DNA of 64,000 nt. Origin: Candidatus Niyogibacteria bacterium. GTDB lineage: Bacteria; Patescibacteriota; Minisyncoccia; HO2-45-28. A model generated the notes under the pieces. It was not told where the DNA came from and made no database searches. It was given only the letters and a program-made list of their open reading frames with translations. Shown in pieces: positions 38,306-48,908 of the stretch (the first letter of the stretch is position 1; each line of letters opens with the position of its first letter). The translations under genes and the position numbers were made by a program. The DNA lies in the NCBI GenBank assembly GCA_016432485.1, contig CP066691.1, positions 153,294 to 217,293 of the forward strand, written 5' to 3'.

Positions 38306-39278
38306 ATTTTATTTTCTTATATTTTTTTATAAGTTTCAAAAGCTCCCGATCATGCCGGCTGACATTATCCACGTTCAAACCCTGCGAAGCAAGAACGGCG
38401 TTATTATATTCGCGCATAGCCTCAAACAGTTTTAATCCTTTCATAAAAAGCGCCCTGCTTTTATTTTTGGGGGCCGACCTTGCGATTTCACGGCCCAAAA
38501 CTATAAGAGCTTCGGTGTCTTTCGGAAAACAATAGCCGCCATACCCCCGATAATCTCCGTATGCGACGTTAAGCCATGAATCCCCGATTCTCGGGTCATT
38601 GGCCAATATGTGCCGAATATTTTCATAATTTATTTTGGCTCTAACTCCGTTTTTCCGCATAAACTCCTCAAGAGTTTGCGCAAAATCGTAAATCAAATTA
38701 GCAAAGGTAACTTTGAGCGCGCCGAAAGAGTTTGCGGCGTATTTGCCAAGCTCTGCTTCGGTCGGATTGATATCAGCCCACTTAACGGCGCGCTTATGAC
38801 GAGGGGCGGTAAAAGGGGCTTCCGGCAAAAGATGCAAAATTGAAGAAGCCGCTGTTTTTGCTTTGGCGGTAGGCGCCACAATCTGGCGATCAGGATGAAT
38901 CATATTTTCCCAAGAGCGGGCTTCAGTTAAAAACTCCGGACTGAAAGCCAAAGCGCAATTATATTTTTTAGCCAGACGCTCGGTGGTTCCGGGTATAACC
39001 GTGGATTTGATAACCATGACCTTTGCGGACGGCGCGTATTTTTTTACGGCCGACTCAACAATATTCGTATCGCAAGAACCATCTCTCTTCTGCGGAGTAG
39101 GTACGCAGATAAAAATAATTTCCGCTTCGTTTAAATCGTCAAAACATTTTTTGCCCGCGTCGGGGTCGTAACAAAAAAGATTTTTTCCGCGTTTAAATCC
39201 CTTTTCCTCAAAATACCTTTTAACGGCTCCGCCGACCATTCCCGCGCCGGCTATTCCGATTTTTGGATAACTGGACAT
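38298..39278 (-). CDS. UDP-glucose/GDP-mannose dehydrogenase family protein (short form)
   Basis: GAGMVG, FICVPTP, KSTVIPGTT, SPEFL, GYGGYCFPKD. Confidence 0.88.
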   Translation of the reverse strand: MSSYPKIGIAGAGMVGGAVKRYFEEKGFKRGKNLFCYDPDAGKKCFDDLNEAEIIFICVPTPQKRDGSCDTNIVESAVKKYAPSAKVMVIKSTVIPGTTERLAKKYNCALAFSPEFLTEARSWENMIHPDRQIVAPTAKAKTAASSILHLLPEAPFTAPRHKRAVKWADINPTEAELGKYAANSFGALKVTFANLIYDFAQTLEEFMRKNGVRAKINYENIRHILANDPRIGDSWLNVAYGDYRGYGGYCFPKDTEALIVLGREIARSAPKNKSRALFMKGLKLFEAMREYNNAVLASQGLNVDNVSRHDRELLKLIKKYKKIKYG

Positions 39279-39365
39279 AATAAAAGAATTATAAAATAAA
39301 TCGGGATAAAATCCAAATTAATCCGGACTGGAAAATAACCATAAATGTGGTATGATTATATTCAA

Positions 39366-40733
39366 ATGAATATCTACAGATTAAAATCATTCGTCCTGAT
39401 AATAGGAGACTTGGCTGTTTTTTATATGAGCTTGGCCTTAACGATTGCCCTGCGCTACGGATCGGGCGGATTGGAAAAATGGTGGCTTACGCACCTTGCG
39501 CCCTTTTCGGCCTTATTCGTTTTATGGATAGTTATATTCGTAATAGCCGGACTCTATGACCCGCTGTCATTTTCAGCCAGCCGTTTTGTGCGCGAACGCG
39601 TAATTCGGACGATGCTTTTTGCGGGAGCCGTCAGTATAGCCATTTTTTATATTTACCCCCAGCCGACCATAACCCCAAAAACAAACCTGGCAATGGATCT
39701 GGTTTTATCGGCTATTTTTCTTATAATCTGGCGTGGATTTTACGGAAAAATATTGGCAAGATCAGACAAAACAAAAGTAATTTTCTTCGGCTGGTCTAAC
39801 GAAACGGAGGAAATAATAAACCTTCTCTATGGCAATCCGCAATTAGGATACGAACCGATTGCGGTAATTATGCCGAGCGAATCGGAAAAACCAAAGACCA
39901 TATTGCCCACATTCGTTTTTAACCAAAACCTGACAAAATTAATTTACGAAAAACGAGCGAGATTAATAGTTGCTTCCCTTGATATACATAATAATTACGA
40001 CTTCATAAAAATGATTTACGAAGTCCTGCCTCTGGGAGTGGCTTATCTTAATTTTCCGCAATTTTACGAACGTATAACCGGCAAAATTCCTGTTTCAATG
40101 ATTTCTGAAATGTGGTTCTTGGAAAATATGACCGAAAATGAAAAAAGAGTTTTTGAAATCTTAAAAAGGACTTTTGATGTCTTTGCCGGAGTTATGCTGG
40201 GCATTATCGCCTTGTTGATTCTGCCCTTCGCGGCAACAGCCATAAAACTGGGCGATCCCGGGCCTGTTTTTTTCCGTCAAAAAAGAGTGGGCAGGAACGG
40301 CAAAATTTTTGAATTGATTAAATTCCGTTCAAAGATACATGATGAGGCCTGGAAAAATTCCGGATGGCATAAAGAAGAAGACAAAAAAAGAACTACGCTC
40401 ATTGGGAAAATAATAAGAAAAAGCTACATAGATGAACTGCCTCAGGCGCTGAATATAATAAAAGGCGAAATGTCTTTGATAGGACCTCGTCCGGAAAGAC
40501 CCGAATTCGTTGAAAATTTAAAAATTCAGATCCCCCATTATATGATGCGTCTTCTGGTCCGGCCCGGCATTTCCGGATGGGCGCAAATTAAAATGAAATA
40601 CGACGCTTCGGCCGCCGACGCCCTGGAAAAATTGCAGTATGATCTGTATTACATAAAAAATCGCTCATTCGGCCTGGATGTGTCAATCGCCTTAAAAACT
40701 TTATTTGCCATGATTTCACGCTCCGGAAAATGA
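39366..40733 (+). CDS. Polyprenyl-phosphate priming sugar transferase (WcaJ/WbaP family)
   Basis: KRTFD, KFRS, IDELPQ..GEMSLIGPRPE, RPGISGWAQ, DLYYIKN. Confidence 0.93.
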   Translation: MNIYRLKSFVLIIGDLAVFYMSLALTIALRYGSGGLEKWWLTHLAPFSALFVLWIVIFVIAGLYDPLSFSASRFVRERVIRTMLFAGAVSIAIFYIYPQPTITPKTNLAMDLVLSAIFLIIWRGFYGKILARSDKTKVIFFGWSNETEEIINLLYGNPQLGYEPIAVIMPSESEKPKTILPTFVFNQNLTKLIYEKRARLIVASLDIHNNYDFIKMIYEVLPLGVAYLNFPQFYERITGKIPVSMISEMWFLENMTENEKRVFEILKRTFDVFAGVMLGIIALLILPFAATAIKLGDPGPVFFRQKRVGRNGKIFELIKFRSKIHDEAWKNSGWHKEEDKKRTTLIGKIIRKSYIDELPQALNIIKGEMSLIGPRPERPEFVENLKIQIPHYMMRLLVRPGISGWAQIKMKYDASAADALEKLQYDLYYIKNRSFGLDVSIALKTLFAMISRSGK

Positions 40734-41251
40734 ATATACTTCAACTTGGCAATAATATTTTGCGCGGAACTTCGGAAAAAATTCCCGAAAATGAAATTGT
40801 CTCCGCCCAAACGCGGGAACTGATAAAAAAAATGTCCGAAGCGCTTCACAAAGAACCTCAAGGAATAGGATTGGCCGCGGTTCAAATCGGCGTCCCTAAA
40901 TCAGTTTTTATAGTTTCAGAATATGTTTTCAACCCTTCGTCATACGCCGGCAAAGAAAGCGAAGAAGAAATAAAAAAGAGAAAAGAAACGGAAAAATACG
41001 CCGTATTCATAAATCCGCGGATAATTAAACTGTCAAAAAAGAAAGCTCTGCTTTCAGAAGGATGCCTTTCAGTTGCGGGCAAATTCGGGAGAGTTAAACG
41101 CTCAATCAACGTGACCGTTGAGGCTTATGATGAAAACGGACGCATGTTTAAACGCGGCGCCGGAGGGCTTTTAGCCCAGGTCTTGCAGCATGAATATGAC
41201 CATTTAAACGGAATTTTGTTTGTGGATAAAGTTGAAAAAATAGATAAATAA
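40730..41251 (+). CDS. def: Peptide deformylase
   Basis: GIGLAAVQIG, EGCLSV, QHEYDHLNG. Confidence 0.96.
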   Translation: MNILQLGNNILRGTSEKIPENEIVSAQTRELIKKMSEALHKEPQGIGLAAVQIGVPKSVFIVSEYVFNPSSYAGKESEEEIKKRKETEKYAVFINPRIIKLSKKKALLSEGCLSVAGKFGRVKRSINVTVEAYDENGRMFKRGAGGLLAQVLQHEYDHLNGILFVDKVEKIDK

Positions 41252-42190
41252 ATGGATTTTATTTTCTTCGGAACATCCGAATTCGCTATCCCAATTTTAG
41301 ACGCCCTTAAAAATAAAGGGCGGCTTCCGAAATTGGTTGTTGCTACTCCCGACAGGCCGGCTGGCCGGGAACTTAAATTAAAATCCTCGCCGGTTAAAAT
41401 GTGGGCGGAAAAAAATGGCATTCCGGTCATACAGCCGGAAAATCTCAAAAACCCCGATACTCTCCAAAAACTAACCGACACTAAGTGCCGGTTAGTTTTG
41501 GTGGCGGCTTACGGCAAAATCATACCGAAAGAAGTTTTAGATCTTCCCGAAAAAGGCTCGCTCAATGTGCACCCCTCGCTTCTTCCGCGCTACAGGGGAG
41601 CCGATCCGATACGATCGGCAATTCTTGCCGGAGACAAAAAAACCGGCGTAACCGTAATGCTGATGGATGAAAAAATGGACCACGGGCCAATTCTTACGCA
41701 GAAAGAATTGGAACACCTAATATTCAATGCCCAATATTCAATACTAAAATCCGAACTGGCGGAATTAGGAGGAAAACTTCTGGCTGAAACGCTTCCCAAA
41801 TGGCTTGCGGGAGAAATTAAACCAAAAGAACAAGACCATTCAAAAGCGACTTACACCAAAAAAATTACAAAAGAAGACGGACACATAAACTGGTCTGAAT
41901 CGGCAGAAATTATTGAACGAAAAATAAGGGCATTAAATCCTTGGCCCGGAACTTATTCGTTCTGGAACGACAAAAGAATTAAAATTTTGGAAGCCGAAAC
42001 GCCAAAAATGTCGTGCCTGGGAGGTTCTATAAAATATGGAGAGGTTTTCAAAAAAGACAGCGGTGTCGCCGTTACTTGCAAGAACGGGGCAATTTTAGTT
42101 AAAAAACTTCAGCTTGAGGGCAAAAAATCTCAAGACGCCAAAAATTTTCTCAACGGCCATCCGGATATAATTGGCGCGATTTTAAATTGA
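41252..42190 (+). CDS. fmt: Methionyl-tRNA formyltransferase
   Basis: FFGTSEFA, NVHPSLLPRYRG, MDHGPI, RALNPWPG. Confidence 0.96.
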   Translation: MDFIFFGTSEFAIPILDALKNKGRLPKLVVATPDRPAGRELKLKSSPVKMWAEKNGIPVIQPENLKNPDTLQKLTDTKCRLVLVAAYGKIIPKEVLDLPEKGSLNVHPSLLPRYRGADPIRSAILAGDKKTGVTVMLMDEKMDHGPILTQKELEHLIFNAQYSILKSELAELGGKLLAETLPKWLAGEIKPKEQDHSKATYTKKITKEDGHINWSESAEIIERKIRALNPWPGTYSFWNDKRIKILEAETPKMSCLGGSIKYGEVFKKDSGVAVTCKNGAILVKKLQLEGKKSQDAKNFLNGHPDIIGAILN

Positions 42191-44230
42191 TTAAAATCCG
42201 AAGAGTTGAAGGAAAGGAGCAACAACCGCGCCTAAAATACTCGTATTAATTTTGGAGGTCGGCTCGCTTGGAGGAGGTTGCTGAAATTGTTGCTGAAGCT
42301 GCTGCTCCTGCTGTTGAAATTGTTGTTGATATTGCTGTTGATACTGTTGTTCAAACTGCTGCTGATATTGCTGTTGAGATTGCTGTTCGAATTGCTGCTG
42401 ATATTGCTGTTGGTATTGCTGTTCGAATTGCTGCTGAAATTGCTCGCCAGACCCTTCCGGCGCTACGAATCCTTCAGGCGGCATCATTCCTTCAGGCGGC
42501 TTAAAGCCTTCTGGCGGCATCATCCCTTCAGGCGGCTTAAAGCCTTCTGGCGGCTGACCTCCTTCAAATCCTGGCGGAGGTCCTCCCTCAAATCCTTCTG
42601 GCGGCTGAAAACCTTCAGGGAACCCGCCATTAGGGCCGGGTCCTTCCGGTTTTGGCATAAATTGTTCAAAACACTGCCTTATATTATCTCCCGCGCTTTC
42701 ACTCGGGGAAACTGCGCCGGAGCGAATGCCCTCAACATCAATAACTCCTTCCAGGCAGGATTTTACTTCCGGCGGAGCGGAATCAACCATTTCCAATATC
42801 TGCCGTTTTCCTTCCTCCATCCTCTGTAAATCCTCTTCTGAAATAAGCCCGTGCTCTTTGGCAAAACTAAAACATGTTTCTTGATTCGCGGGATTCTGGC
42901 AAAACCCTTCGCATTCTTCGCGGCCCCTGCAATTTCCCGGCCCCTTTCCGCCAGTTTTACGCGCCATTTCAACTTCTTCGGGCGCGATAAATCCCGCGGC
43001 TTCGGCAAAATCCAGACATTCATTAAAATGACTTTCTTCCGAACAATAAACGTCGCATTCTTCCTTTCCGCCGCATGCCGGCGGTTTTATGCCTTTTTTA
43101 ATGGCGGCCAGCATTTTTTTGGCGTCTTCCAGTTCTCCGGGAGGAATCAAGCCGGCTTTTTCGGCAAAATTAAGGCAGGATTCCATATTTCCCGGCTGAG
43201 AACAATACGCATCGCAAGATTTTTTTCCCCGGCAGGGCGGGGGCTTTGCTCCGGCTTTAACCGCGGCCAAAACCTTCTTCGCGTCCTCCAATTCATCAGG
43301 CGGAATGAAACCGGCGGTTTCTCCGAAAATAATACATTCCTCCATATGGTCGGAACTTTCACAATAAGAATCGCACTCGTCTTTATTCTTGCATCCGCCG
43401 GGCAGCGTGAGGCCGGACGCCAGAGCTTTTTGGACTTTTCTGGCTTCTTCCAGTTCATCCGGAGGCATAAGTCCGGTTTTCTCGGCAAACGCCAGACACT
43501 CGTCAATACGGCTTACATCATTGCAATACGATTCGCAGGAATCAGCGGACGTGCATCCGCCGGGACCCTTGGCTCCGGCGGCGCTGAACTTTTTGGCTTT
43601 ATCGGCTTCATCTTTAGAAATCAAATTATGCTTCTCGGCAAACGTAACACAAGCGTTTATATTTGCCGGATCATCGCAATAAGAGCGGCATTCGGTTTCA
43701 TCTTTGCATCCATTTAATTCCGCGACCGGATAAACTATTTCTGTTTTTACTGTCTCGGCGCTTTTAGTCGGGGTCTCAACGCTGCTTGGAACGGTTTTTG
43801 GGGAAACTGGGGCTGGAGTCGGAGCTGGAGGCGGCGGAGCGGCATTAGTAATTCTTCCGCGACTTATGCCGTCAGAGGGCGGCAGAAGTTCAAGTTGAGT
43901 AATATCGCCTTTGCAGTCGGTAATTTCGGCAAAGAGCGCCGGCGTAAAATCATCGGGGTCGGCAAAAGAAACGTTATTATTCTCAAAAGTTTTGGGACAG
44001 CCGGCAAGTCCCGCGGAGTAAGGAAGTTTATTCGGAGCCTTTAAAGAAAAATCCTTGATGCCATCCGAATCTCTTATGGTTAAAATAAAAAGACCGACCG
44101 ACGGATCTTTTTTAAGAACGACCGAAGCGTTGGGCGCGGCTTGCGCTATATAATATAAGGATACGGAAAGAAAAATGACTGACCCCAAAAAGAACCATAA
44201 TTTTTTATTTAAAATTGTGTTTGATGGCAT
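42191..44230 (-). CDS. Secreted protein with Cys-rich ~50-aa repeats, PPEGF repeats and a Gln-rich tract
   Basis: Signal peptide; repeated C..C..YC..C..FAE..G..PP.E.E units; (PPEGF/PPEGM)n; (QQQY/FEQ)n. Confidence 0.85.
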   Translation of the reverse strand: MPSNTILNKKLWFFLGSVIFLSVSLYYIAQAAPNASVVLKKDPSVGLFILTIRDSDGIKDFSLKAPNKLPYSAGLAGCPKTFENNNVSFADPDDFTPALFAEITDCKGDITQLELLPPSDGISRGRITNAAPPPPAPTPAPVSPKTVPSSVETPTKSAETVKTEIVYPVAELNGCKDETECRSYCDDPANINACVTFAEKHNLISKDEADKAKKFSAAGAKGPGGCTSADSCESYCNDVSRIDECLAFAEKTGLMPPDELEEARKVQKALASGLTLPGGCKNKDECDSYCESSDHMEECIIFGETAGFIPPDELEDAKKVLAAVKAGAKPPPCRGKKSCDAYCSQPGNMESCLNFAEKAGLIPPGELEDAKKMLAAIKKGIKPPACGGKEECDVYCSEESHFNECLDFAEAAGFIAPEEVEMARKTGGKGPGNCRGREECEGFCQNPANQETCFSFAKEHGLISEEDLQRMEEGKRQILEMVDSAPPEVKSCLEGVIDVEGIRSGAVSPSESAGDNIRQCFEQFMPKPEGPGPNGGFPEGFQPPEGFEGGPPPGFEGGQPPEGFKPPEGMMPPEGFKPPEGMMPPEGFVAPEGSGEQFQQQFEQQYQQQYQQQFEQQSQQQYQQQFEQQYQQQYQQQFQQQEQQLQQQFQQPPPSEPTSKINTSILGAVVAPFLQLFGF
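42280..42620. repeat. Coding tandem repeats (12-bp Gln units and 15/30-bp PPEG units)
   Basis: gctgctgatatt / gctgttcgaatt units and ggcggcatcat.ccttcaggcggcttaaagccttct units. Confidence 0.85.
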
Positions 44231-44243
44231 AAAATTTTATTTT

Positions 44244-44498
44244 TTATTCAAAAGGGTTTTTATAAATATCTTTAAAGGGATTCGCTTTGTCCACCGGATT
44301 AATCACAGGCACGTCCTTCAAAACATTGGTTTCGGTGTTTATGGACGGCAGTGTGCCGGAAACGGCAGGCGTGCTGGCTTTCGCGGGACCGAGAATTTTT
44401 TCCTTTGTTTTTTGCTTCCAGTAAATAAGTCCGGCAATCGCTACTACGATAACAATAACGAGAACTGTAATATAAAGTTGCTTGGGGGTTTTTTCCAT
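44244..44498 (-). CDS. Small single-TM protein
   Basis: TM ITVLVIVIVVAIAGLIYW; C-terminal NPF..Y.NPFE. Confidence 0.75.
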   Translation of the reverse strand: MEKTPKQLYITVLVIVIVVAIAGLIYWKQKTKEKILGPAKASTPAVSGTLPSINTETNVLKDVPVINPVDKANPFKDIYKNPFE

Positions 44499-44556
44499 AA
44501 TTTAAGTATAGCACTTCACCCGCCTTTTTTTTATTTCAATCAGCCGGCTGTGTATA

Positions 44557-44593
44557 ACTAAAACCCCCCGCGGCTGCGGGGGGTTTTAGTTTT
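44557..44593 (-). terminator. Intrinsic terminator
   Basis: ACTAAAACCCCCCGC-GGCT-GCGGGGGGTTTTAGT. Confidence 0.75.
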
Positions 44594-44806
44594 TTATCTG
44601 CGGAAATCTCGTCTCGGGTGGCTTTTGCGGTAACAATCCAGGCAAAATACCGGCCGGCCCTCTTTGGGCTCAAACGGCAGCTTGGTTATTTCGGCTCCGC
44701 AATCAGAACATTTCCAGTTCCCCTCAATCATGGGCGGACGGCCGGATTGGTCGCCGTTAGAAAAACCTCCGTTGCCCCGATTTCCATTATAATTGAAATC
44801 TTGCAC
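44594..44806 (-). CDS. CxxC-x17-CxxC zinc-ribbon protein
   Basis: CSDCGAEITKLPFEPKEGRPVFCLDC. Confidence 0.85.
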   Translation of the reverse strand: MQDFNYNGNRGNGGFSNGDQSGRPPMIEGNWKCSDCGAEITKLPFEPKEGRPVFCLDCYRKSHPRRDFRR

Positions 44807-44901
44807 TTAACTTTTTTCTGGTTTACTAAATTATACGTCTCGACTAGTTCGTATATGAATAAGAGTTTACTCTCCGCGGAAACGCGTGTCAAATGAGTTC
44901 G

Positions 44902-45861
44902 TTACTTTACATCCAAAAGCTCTATTTCAAAAATAAGAGTTGAATTCGGAGGAATTTTTCCGCCCGCGGCTCCGGTAACACCGTATCCGAGTGAGGGCGG
45001 AATAATCAATTTTCTTTTGCCCCCAATTTTCATTCCCAAAAGTCCCTGTTCCCAGCCCTTAATCACCTGCCCAGCGCCAAGAGTAAAAGAAAAGGGAGTT
45101 TTGCGGTCGTAAGAGCTGTCAAATTTATTTCCATTTTCAAGAGTTCCGATGTAGTGCACGCTCAAAGTTTTTCCGTTTTTGGCTTCAGCGCCTTCGCCCG
45201 CTTTTATATCTTCAATTTTAAGCTCCCGCTTGGCTATGGCCGGTTCACCGCTAATAATTAAATTCAATTCGTCAAAGGATGCGGCAAAATTATTTACCAG
45301 AGACGCGAATTCTGTTCCAGCGACGGCTAATTTCGCGTTGATCGAAACAAAAGAGGGTTGTTCTGCCTCTTGGCCCGCGGCAAGCGCGTCATAATAACTT
45401 TTAGCCGTATTCAGTAACTCACGCTCAAGCGCGGCCATTTCTTTAAAACCGAGGATCAAACGGCCCAAGATATCGGCTACTTTTTCCGCCGTATCTCCGG
45501 CTTCTTTAGTTCTGACTCTGCTAGCGACAGTTTTAAATTCCTCAGTTTTCAGTTTTAATAGCTCATTTTTCTGCTCAAGCTCATCCACAATTTTTAAAGA
45601 TCCGGCAACTACTTCCGAGGAACCTTTAAAATCGCGGGCATTTTCTTTATCAATAAGTCCGTTAAAACTTTGAGCAAGCCGAACCTGAAGAATATCAACC
45701 ATATCAAAAACCAAATCGCCCGCTTCCCGCGATTTTTCCGGAATCTCGGACAATCCCCTGCTGTTTGAAAGATAGTAATGCGAATAATAATAAATACCGG
45801 CGAAAAGTAATATCAAGGCCGCGGCTCCCGCAAAAACTTTTAACCGATTAGCCGTTTTCAT
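44902..45861 (-). CDS. Membrane-anchored FKBP-type peptidyl-prolyl isomerase with a helical N-terminal region
   Basis: [48 protein letters not shown]. Confidence 0.9.
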   Translation of the reverse strand: MKTANRLKVFAGAAALILLFAGIYYYSHYYLSNSRGLSEIPEKSREAGDLVFDMVDILQVRLAQSFNGLIDKENARDFKGSSEVVAGSLKIVDELEQKNELLKLKTEEFKTVASRVRTKEAGDTAEKVADILGRLILGFKEMAALERELLNTAKSYYDALAAGQEAEQPSFVSINAKLAVAGTEFASLVNNFAASFDELNLIISGEPAIAKRELKIEDIKAGEGAEAKNGKTLSVHYIGTLENGNKFDSSYDRKTPFSFTLGAGQVIKGWEQGLLGMKIGGKRKLIIPPSLGYGVTGAAGGKIPPNSTLIFEIELLDVK

Positions 45862-45924
45862 ATACAAAGATGATACCATAATTTTAATTTTTAAAAAGGC
45901 CGGCAAATTTGATATAAATAAGAT

Positions 45925-47334
45925 ATGAAAATATGGCTGTGGACAATAATTCTTATCGTGATTGCGGCATTTTTTTATATGTACGGTTTGGCCCGTCTGC
46001 CATTGGAGGAAGCGGATGAAGCGACTTACGCCATAGTAGTTCGCGAAATGATTCAGAGCGGGAATTTTCTTACGATGACTTATGACGGAGCCGTGTGGAC
46101 CGAAAAACCGCCGCTGCTTTTCTGGCTTATGGCCGGAAGCGCGAACCTTTTCGGCCTTAACGAATTTGCTCTTCGTTGGCCGATAGCTTTCTTCGGAATT
46201 TTAGCCGTATTTTTTACGGCAGGAATTCTTAAAACGGCGACGGGAAAAAATGAAATCGCGTTTATCGGAGCAATAACAATGATTTTATTTCCCCTTTTTC
46301 TGGCTGCCGCGCGAAATATCCGAATGGATGTTCCGGTCGTAGCTATGATGCTGGGCGCGGTGTGGTGCGTTTTTAAAAGCGCTGAAAATAAACCCTACGC
46401 CGCGGGAGTGGGCATTTTAACGGCCATAGGATTTTTATTAAAAAGCGTCGTGGCGCTCTTGGCTTTGCCGATTATATTTATTTACGGCCTTATTTACCGA
46501 GATTGGCAATGGATGAAAAATAAATACTTTTGGCTCGGCTGGGGCGCGGGCGCAATCATTGCTCTTCCTTGGCATATTTATGAAACCGTTCTTTTGGGCG
46601 GACGCTTTATTGCCGATTACCTCGGATTGCATGTTATTGAAAGGTTTAGCGACAATATTATTCAAAGCGGCATTACCGCGCCGTACATAGCAAAAGTTTT
46701 TTGGATAGCGGGACAGCCATGGAGCAGTGTTTTGATTTTAGCCCTTCTGATATTCGGCGCGACTTTTTTCGGCAAACAGAAAGAATCTTCCAAACAAATA
46801 CGGCGGCTGGCTCTTTTCTCTTTTACTTCTTCGGTTTTCCTGATAGCTATTTTTATGGCGTCTCGGACAAAACTTATTACTTATTTTATTCCCGCCTATC
46901 CCTTTTTAGTTTTATTCCTGGCCTCCGTATATTGGTGGTTTTTGGAAATTTCGCAAAAAAAGTATGTATTATTTTTACGGGGCACGTTCATTTTTCTTGC
47001 CATAATTGCCTTCGGCTTAAGTTTTAGAGAAGCATTTTTGGAAAGCAAACTCTATGTCTCACGGCAAGTTTCAGACGCTAAACCGGTCGGCGTTTATCTG
47101 GCAGATGCGCCCGAGAATATTCCGGTTTTTAGTTATGAATACGCGTATGACAAAACCGTCAGATTTTATTCCGGCAAAGATATTATCAGAATAAAAGAGG
47201 ACAACGGACAAACACTTGAGACGCCGTTTTATTTAATTATCCCGACGGCTTTGCTGCGAGAAAACGAATGGTTAAACCGATTCCCAAAACTTCACAGCGG
47301 AAAATATTTAACTCTGGTCCTCGTTCAGTCGTAA
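45925..47334 (+). CDS. ArnT/PMT-family (GT-C) glycosyltransferase
   Basis: [23 protein letters not shown], multiple TMs. Confidence 0.88.
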   Translation: MKIWLWTIILIVIAAFFYMYGLARLPLEEADEATYAIVVREMIQSGNFLTMTYDGAVWTEKPPLLFWLMAGSANLFGLNEFALRWPIAFFGILAVFFTAGILKTATGKNEIAFIGAITMILFPLFLAAARNIRMDVPVVAMMLGAVWCVFKSAENKPYAAGVGILTAIGFLLKSVVALLALPIIFIYGLIYRDWQWMKNKYFWLGWGAGAIIALPWHIYETVLLGGRFIADYLGLHVIERFSDNIIQSGITAPYIAKVFWIAGQPWSSVLILALLIFGATFFGKQKESSKQIRRLALFSFTSSVFLIAIFMASRTKLITYFIPAYPFLVLFLASVYWWFLEISQKKYVLFLRGTFIFLAIIAFGLSFREAFLESKLYVSRQVSDAKPVGVYLADAPENIPVFSYEYAYDKTVRFYSGKDIIRIKEDNGQTLETPFYLIIPTALLRENEWLNRFPKLHSGKYLTLVLVQS

Positions 47335-47375
47335 CTTTTGTTATTTTAGACGAAAATCAGAAATTATCTAAAAAC

Positions 47376-47404
47376 TTGACATAAAATATAAAAAATGATA
47401 TCAT
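47376..47404 (+). promoter_or_regulatory. Sigma70-type promoter of an orphan two-gene operon
   Basis: TTGACA-17bp-TATCAT with extended TG; GGAGGAG SD before 47472. Confidence 0.65.
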
Positions 47405-47471
47405 CTTCAACGGATACAAAAAGGTTCCGAAACTGCTCATAAAGAAGTAAACAATAGGGAGGAGTAAAGCC

Positions 47472-48320
47472 GTGGACGAACTTGAATTTATAGATGTGCG
47501 CGAGTTGCGGATATGCGTAAATACGGTACTCAACACGTTTTATACACATAGTCTCCTGCTTCACGCCGCCAAACATCAGCCGACAACCCGAATGGAAAAA
47601 GCGGTTGAATATTATACTGCCGACCTTGACAACTTTTTTAACCAAACAATAAAGGAACACGCGCAAGTAATTTTGTCTTACCTTCTTACAATTTGCGGCG
47701 GCGAAATGAGGCATCTGCCCAAGTACAACCAAAAAAGTTTACTTAAAAAACTTGCCAATAAGGTCGGAATTTGCGTCTCTCCCGAACAAATCGTCATAAA
47801 ACGCCTTAGAGATAAAATTGAATTTGGCGGCAATAGAGATGAGTGTTATACGTCTATAATCCGATACCTGCAATGCTCCGCGAAAGCCGATGTGCAGGAA
47901 TTTGCGCGGTTGCTTGTGGTGGGATTCAACGAAGTGAAGTGGGTAAAGGAAAGTATGGGCGGAAAACGGTGGGGACAAATCGCGGAAATCGCGCACAAAT
48001 ACTATTCTGGGCAAATTGAAACCGTTCAATTCCTGGATACAGTTTTTACCCTGCGGCATAACGCCGGAAGACTATTTGATAAAATGATGGCTTTCGCAAG
48101 ATGGACGGGCGAGGACGCCATTAGCGAACAACTCAAGGCGCAGGCCGAAGCAAAAAACATCACGGAACTAGTCGCGAGACTTTCTGTCATTCATGACGGC
48201 TTTGAACCCGGATGTGTAACGCTTCTAGAGAGGGGCAAAACATTTGGCTGGTGGAAAGATGACCTGGCGAGTCTCTGTCAGCCGAAGCCAGCCATACAAA
48301 AAGGCGGCAAAAATGATTAA
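47472..48320 (+). CDS. Hypothetical protein
   Basis: 282-aa ORF with strong SD and promoter; conserved-looking GEMRH, GGKRW and D.VFTLRHNAG.LFDK segments. Confidence 0.75.
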   Translation: MDELEFIDVRELRICVNTVLNTFYTHSLLLHAAKHQPTTRMEKAVEYYTADLDNFFNQTIKEHAQVILSYLLTICGGEMRHLPKYNQKSLLKKLANKVGICVSPEQIVIKRLRDKIEFGGNRDECYTSIIRYLQCSAKADVQEFARLLVVGFNEVKWVKESMGGKRWGQIAEIAHKYYSGQIETVQFLDTVFTLRHNAGRLFDKMMAFARWTGEDAISEQLKAQAEAKNITELVARLSVIHDGFEPGCVTLLERGKTFGWWKDDLASLCQPKPAIQKGGKND

Positions 48321-48852
48321 CAACAAGAAACCGCGCTGTTTCCACCCCGGCCGAACAGTGGCCGTTGGGCCATATTCCGTTATTGCCGGAGCAAGGTATG
48401 ACATGGCCGGCACTGATCTTAGCGACGTAGACATTCTGGTTTCTTTGACCGAAACTGTGCCGGCACGTCTTTGGCGGATGGGATATAAAAATCCTATTGT
48501 CTGGTCGTTCCCTATCAAAGATTATTACGGACCGGATGGGCCTTGGCTCGCGCTTTTAGAAAAAATTACCGATGAACTTAAAATCGGGAAAAAAATATTT
48601 ATCTTTTGCGACGGCGGTCATGGCAGAACCGGATTACTGCTTGCTTCACTTATCGCAAAAGTTGAGAGCCCGGATGACCCGATAGCCGTTACGCGCTCAA
48701 GATATTGCGTAAAGGCGGTTGAAACAATACAGCAGGCAAAAACAATTTTTGGTTTGCTTGGGGTGGAAGTCCCTAAGGCATATCAGAAAACTCTTATGGA
48801 CGCCAATAAAATATACGAAATCCTGCTTAGAAAATTCATCAAAAAAAATTGA
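48313..48852 (+). CDS. Dual-specificity/tyrosine phosphatase-like protein
   Basis: FPIKDY loop, FCDGGHGRTG (CX5R), AVET..Q; overlaps the upstream stop. Confidence 0.85.
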   Translation: MINNKKPRCFHPGRTVAVGPYSVIAGARYDMAGTDLSDVDILVSLTETVPARLWRMGYKNPIVWSFPIKDYYGPDGPWLALLEKITDELKIGKKIFIFCDGGHGRTGLLLASLIAKVESPDDPIAVTRSRYCVKAVETIQQAKTIFGLLGVEVPKAYQKTLMDANKIYEILLRKFIKKN

Positions 48853-48856
48853 TGTG

Positions 48857-48886
48857 AGCTCCACGCCTTTTTGGGTGGAGCTTTTT
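48857..48886 (+). terminator. Intrinsic terminator
   Basis: AGCTCCAC..GTGGAGCT followed by T-tract. Confidence 0.7.
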
Positions 48887-48908
48887 AATTTATCAAATCG
48901 CTAAAAAA

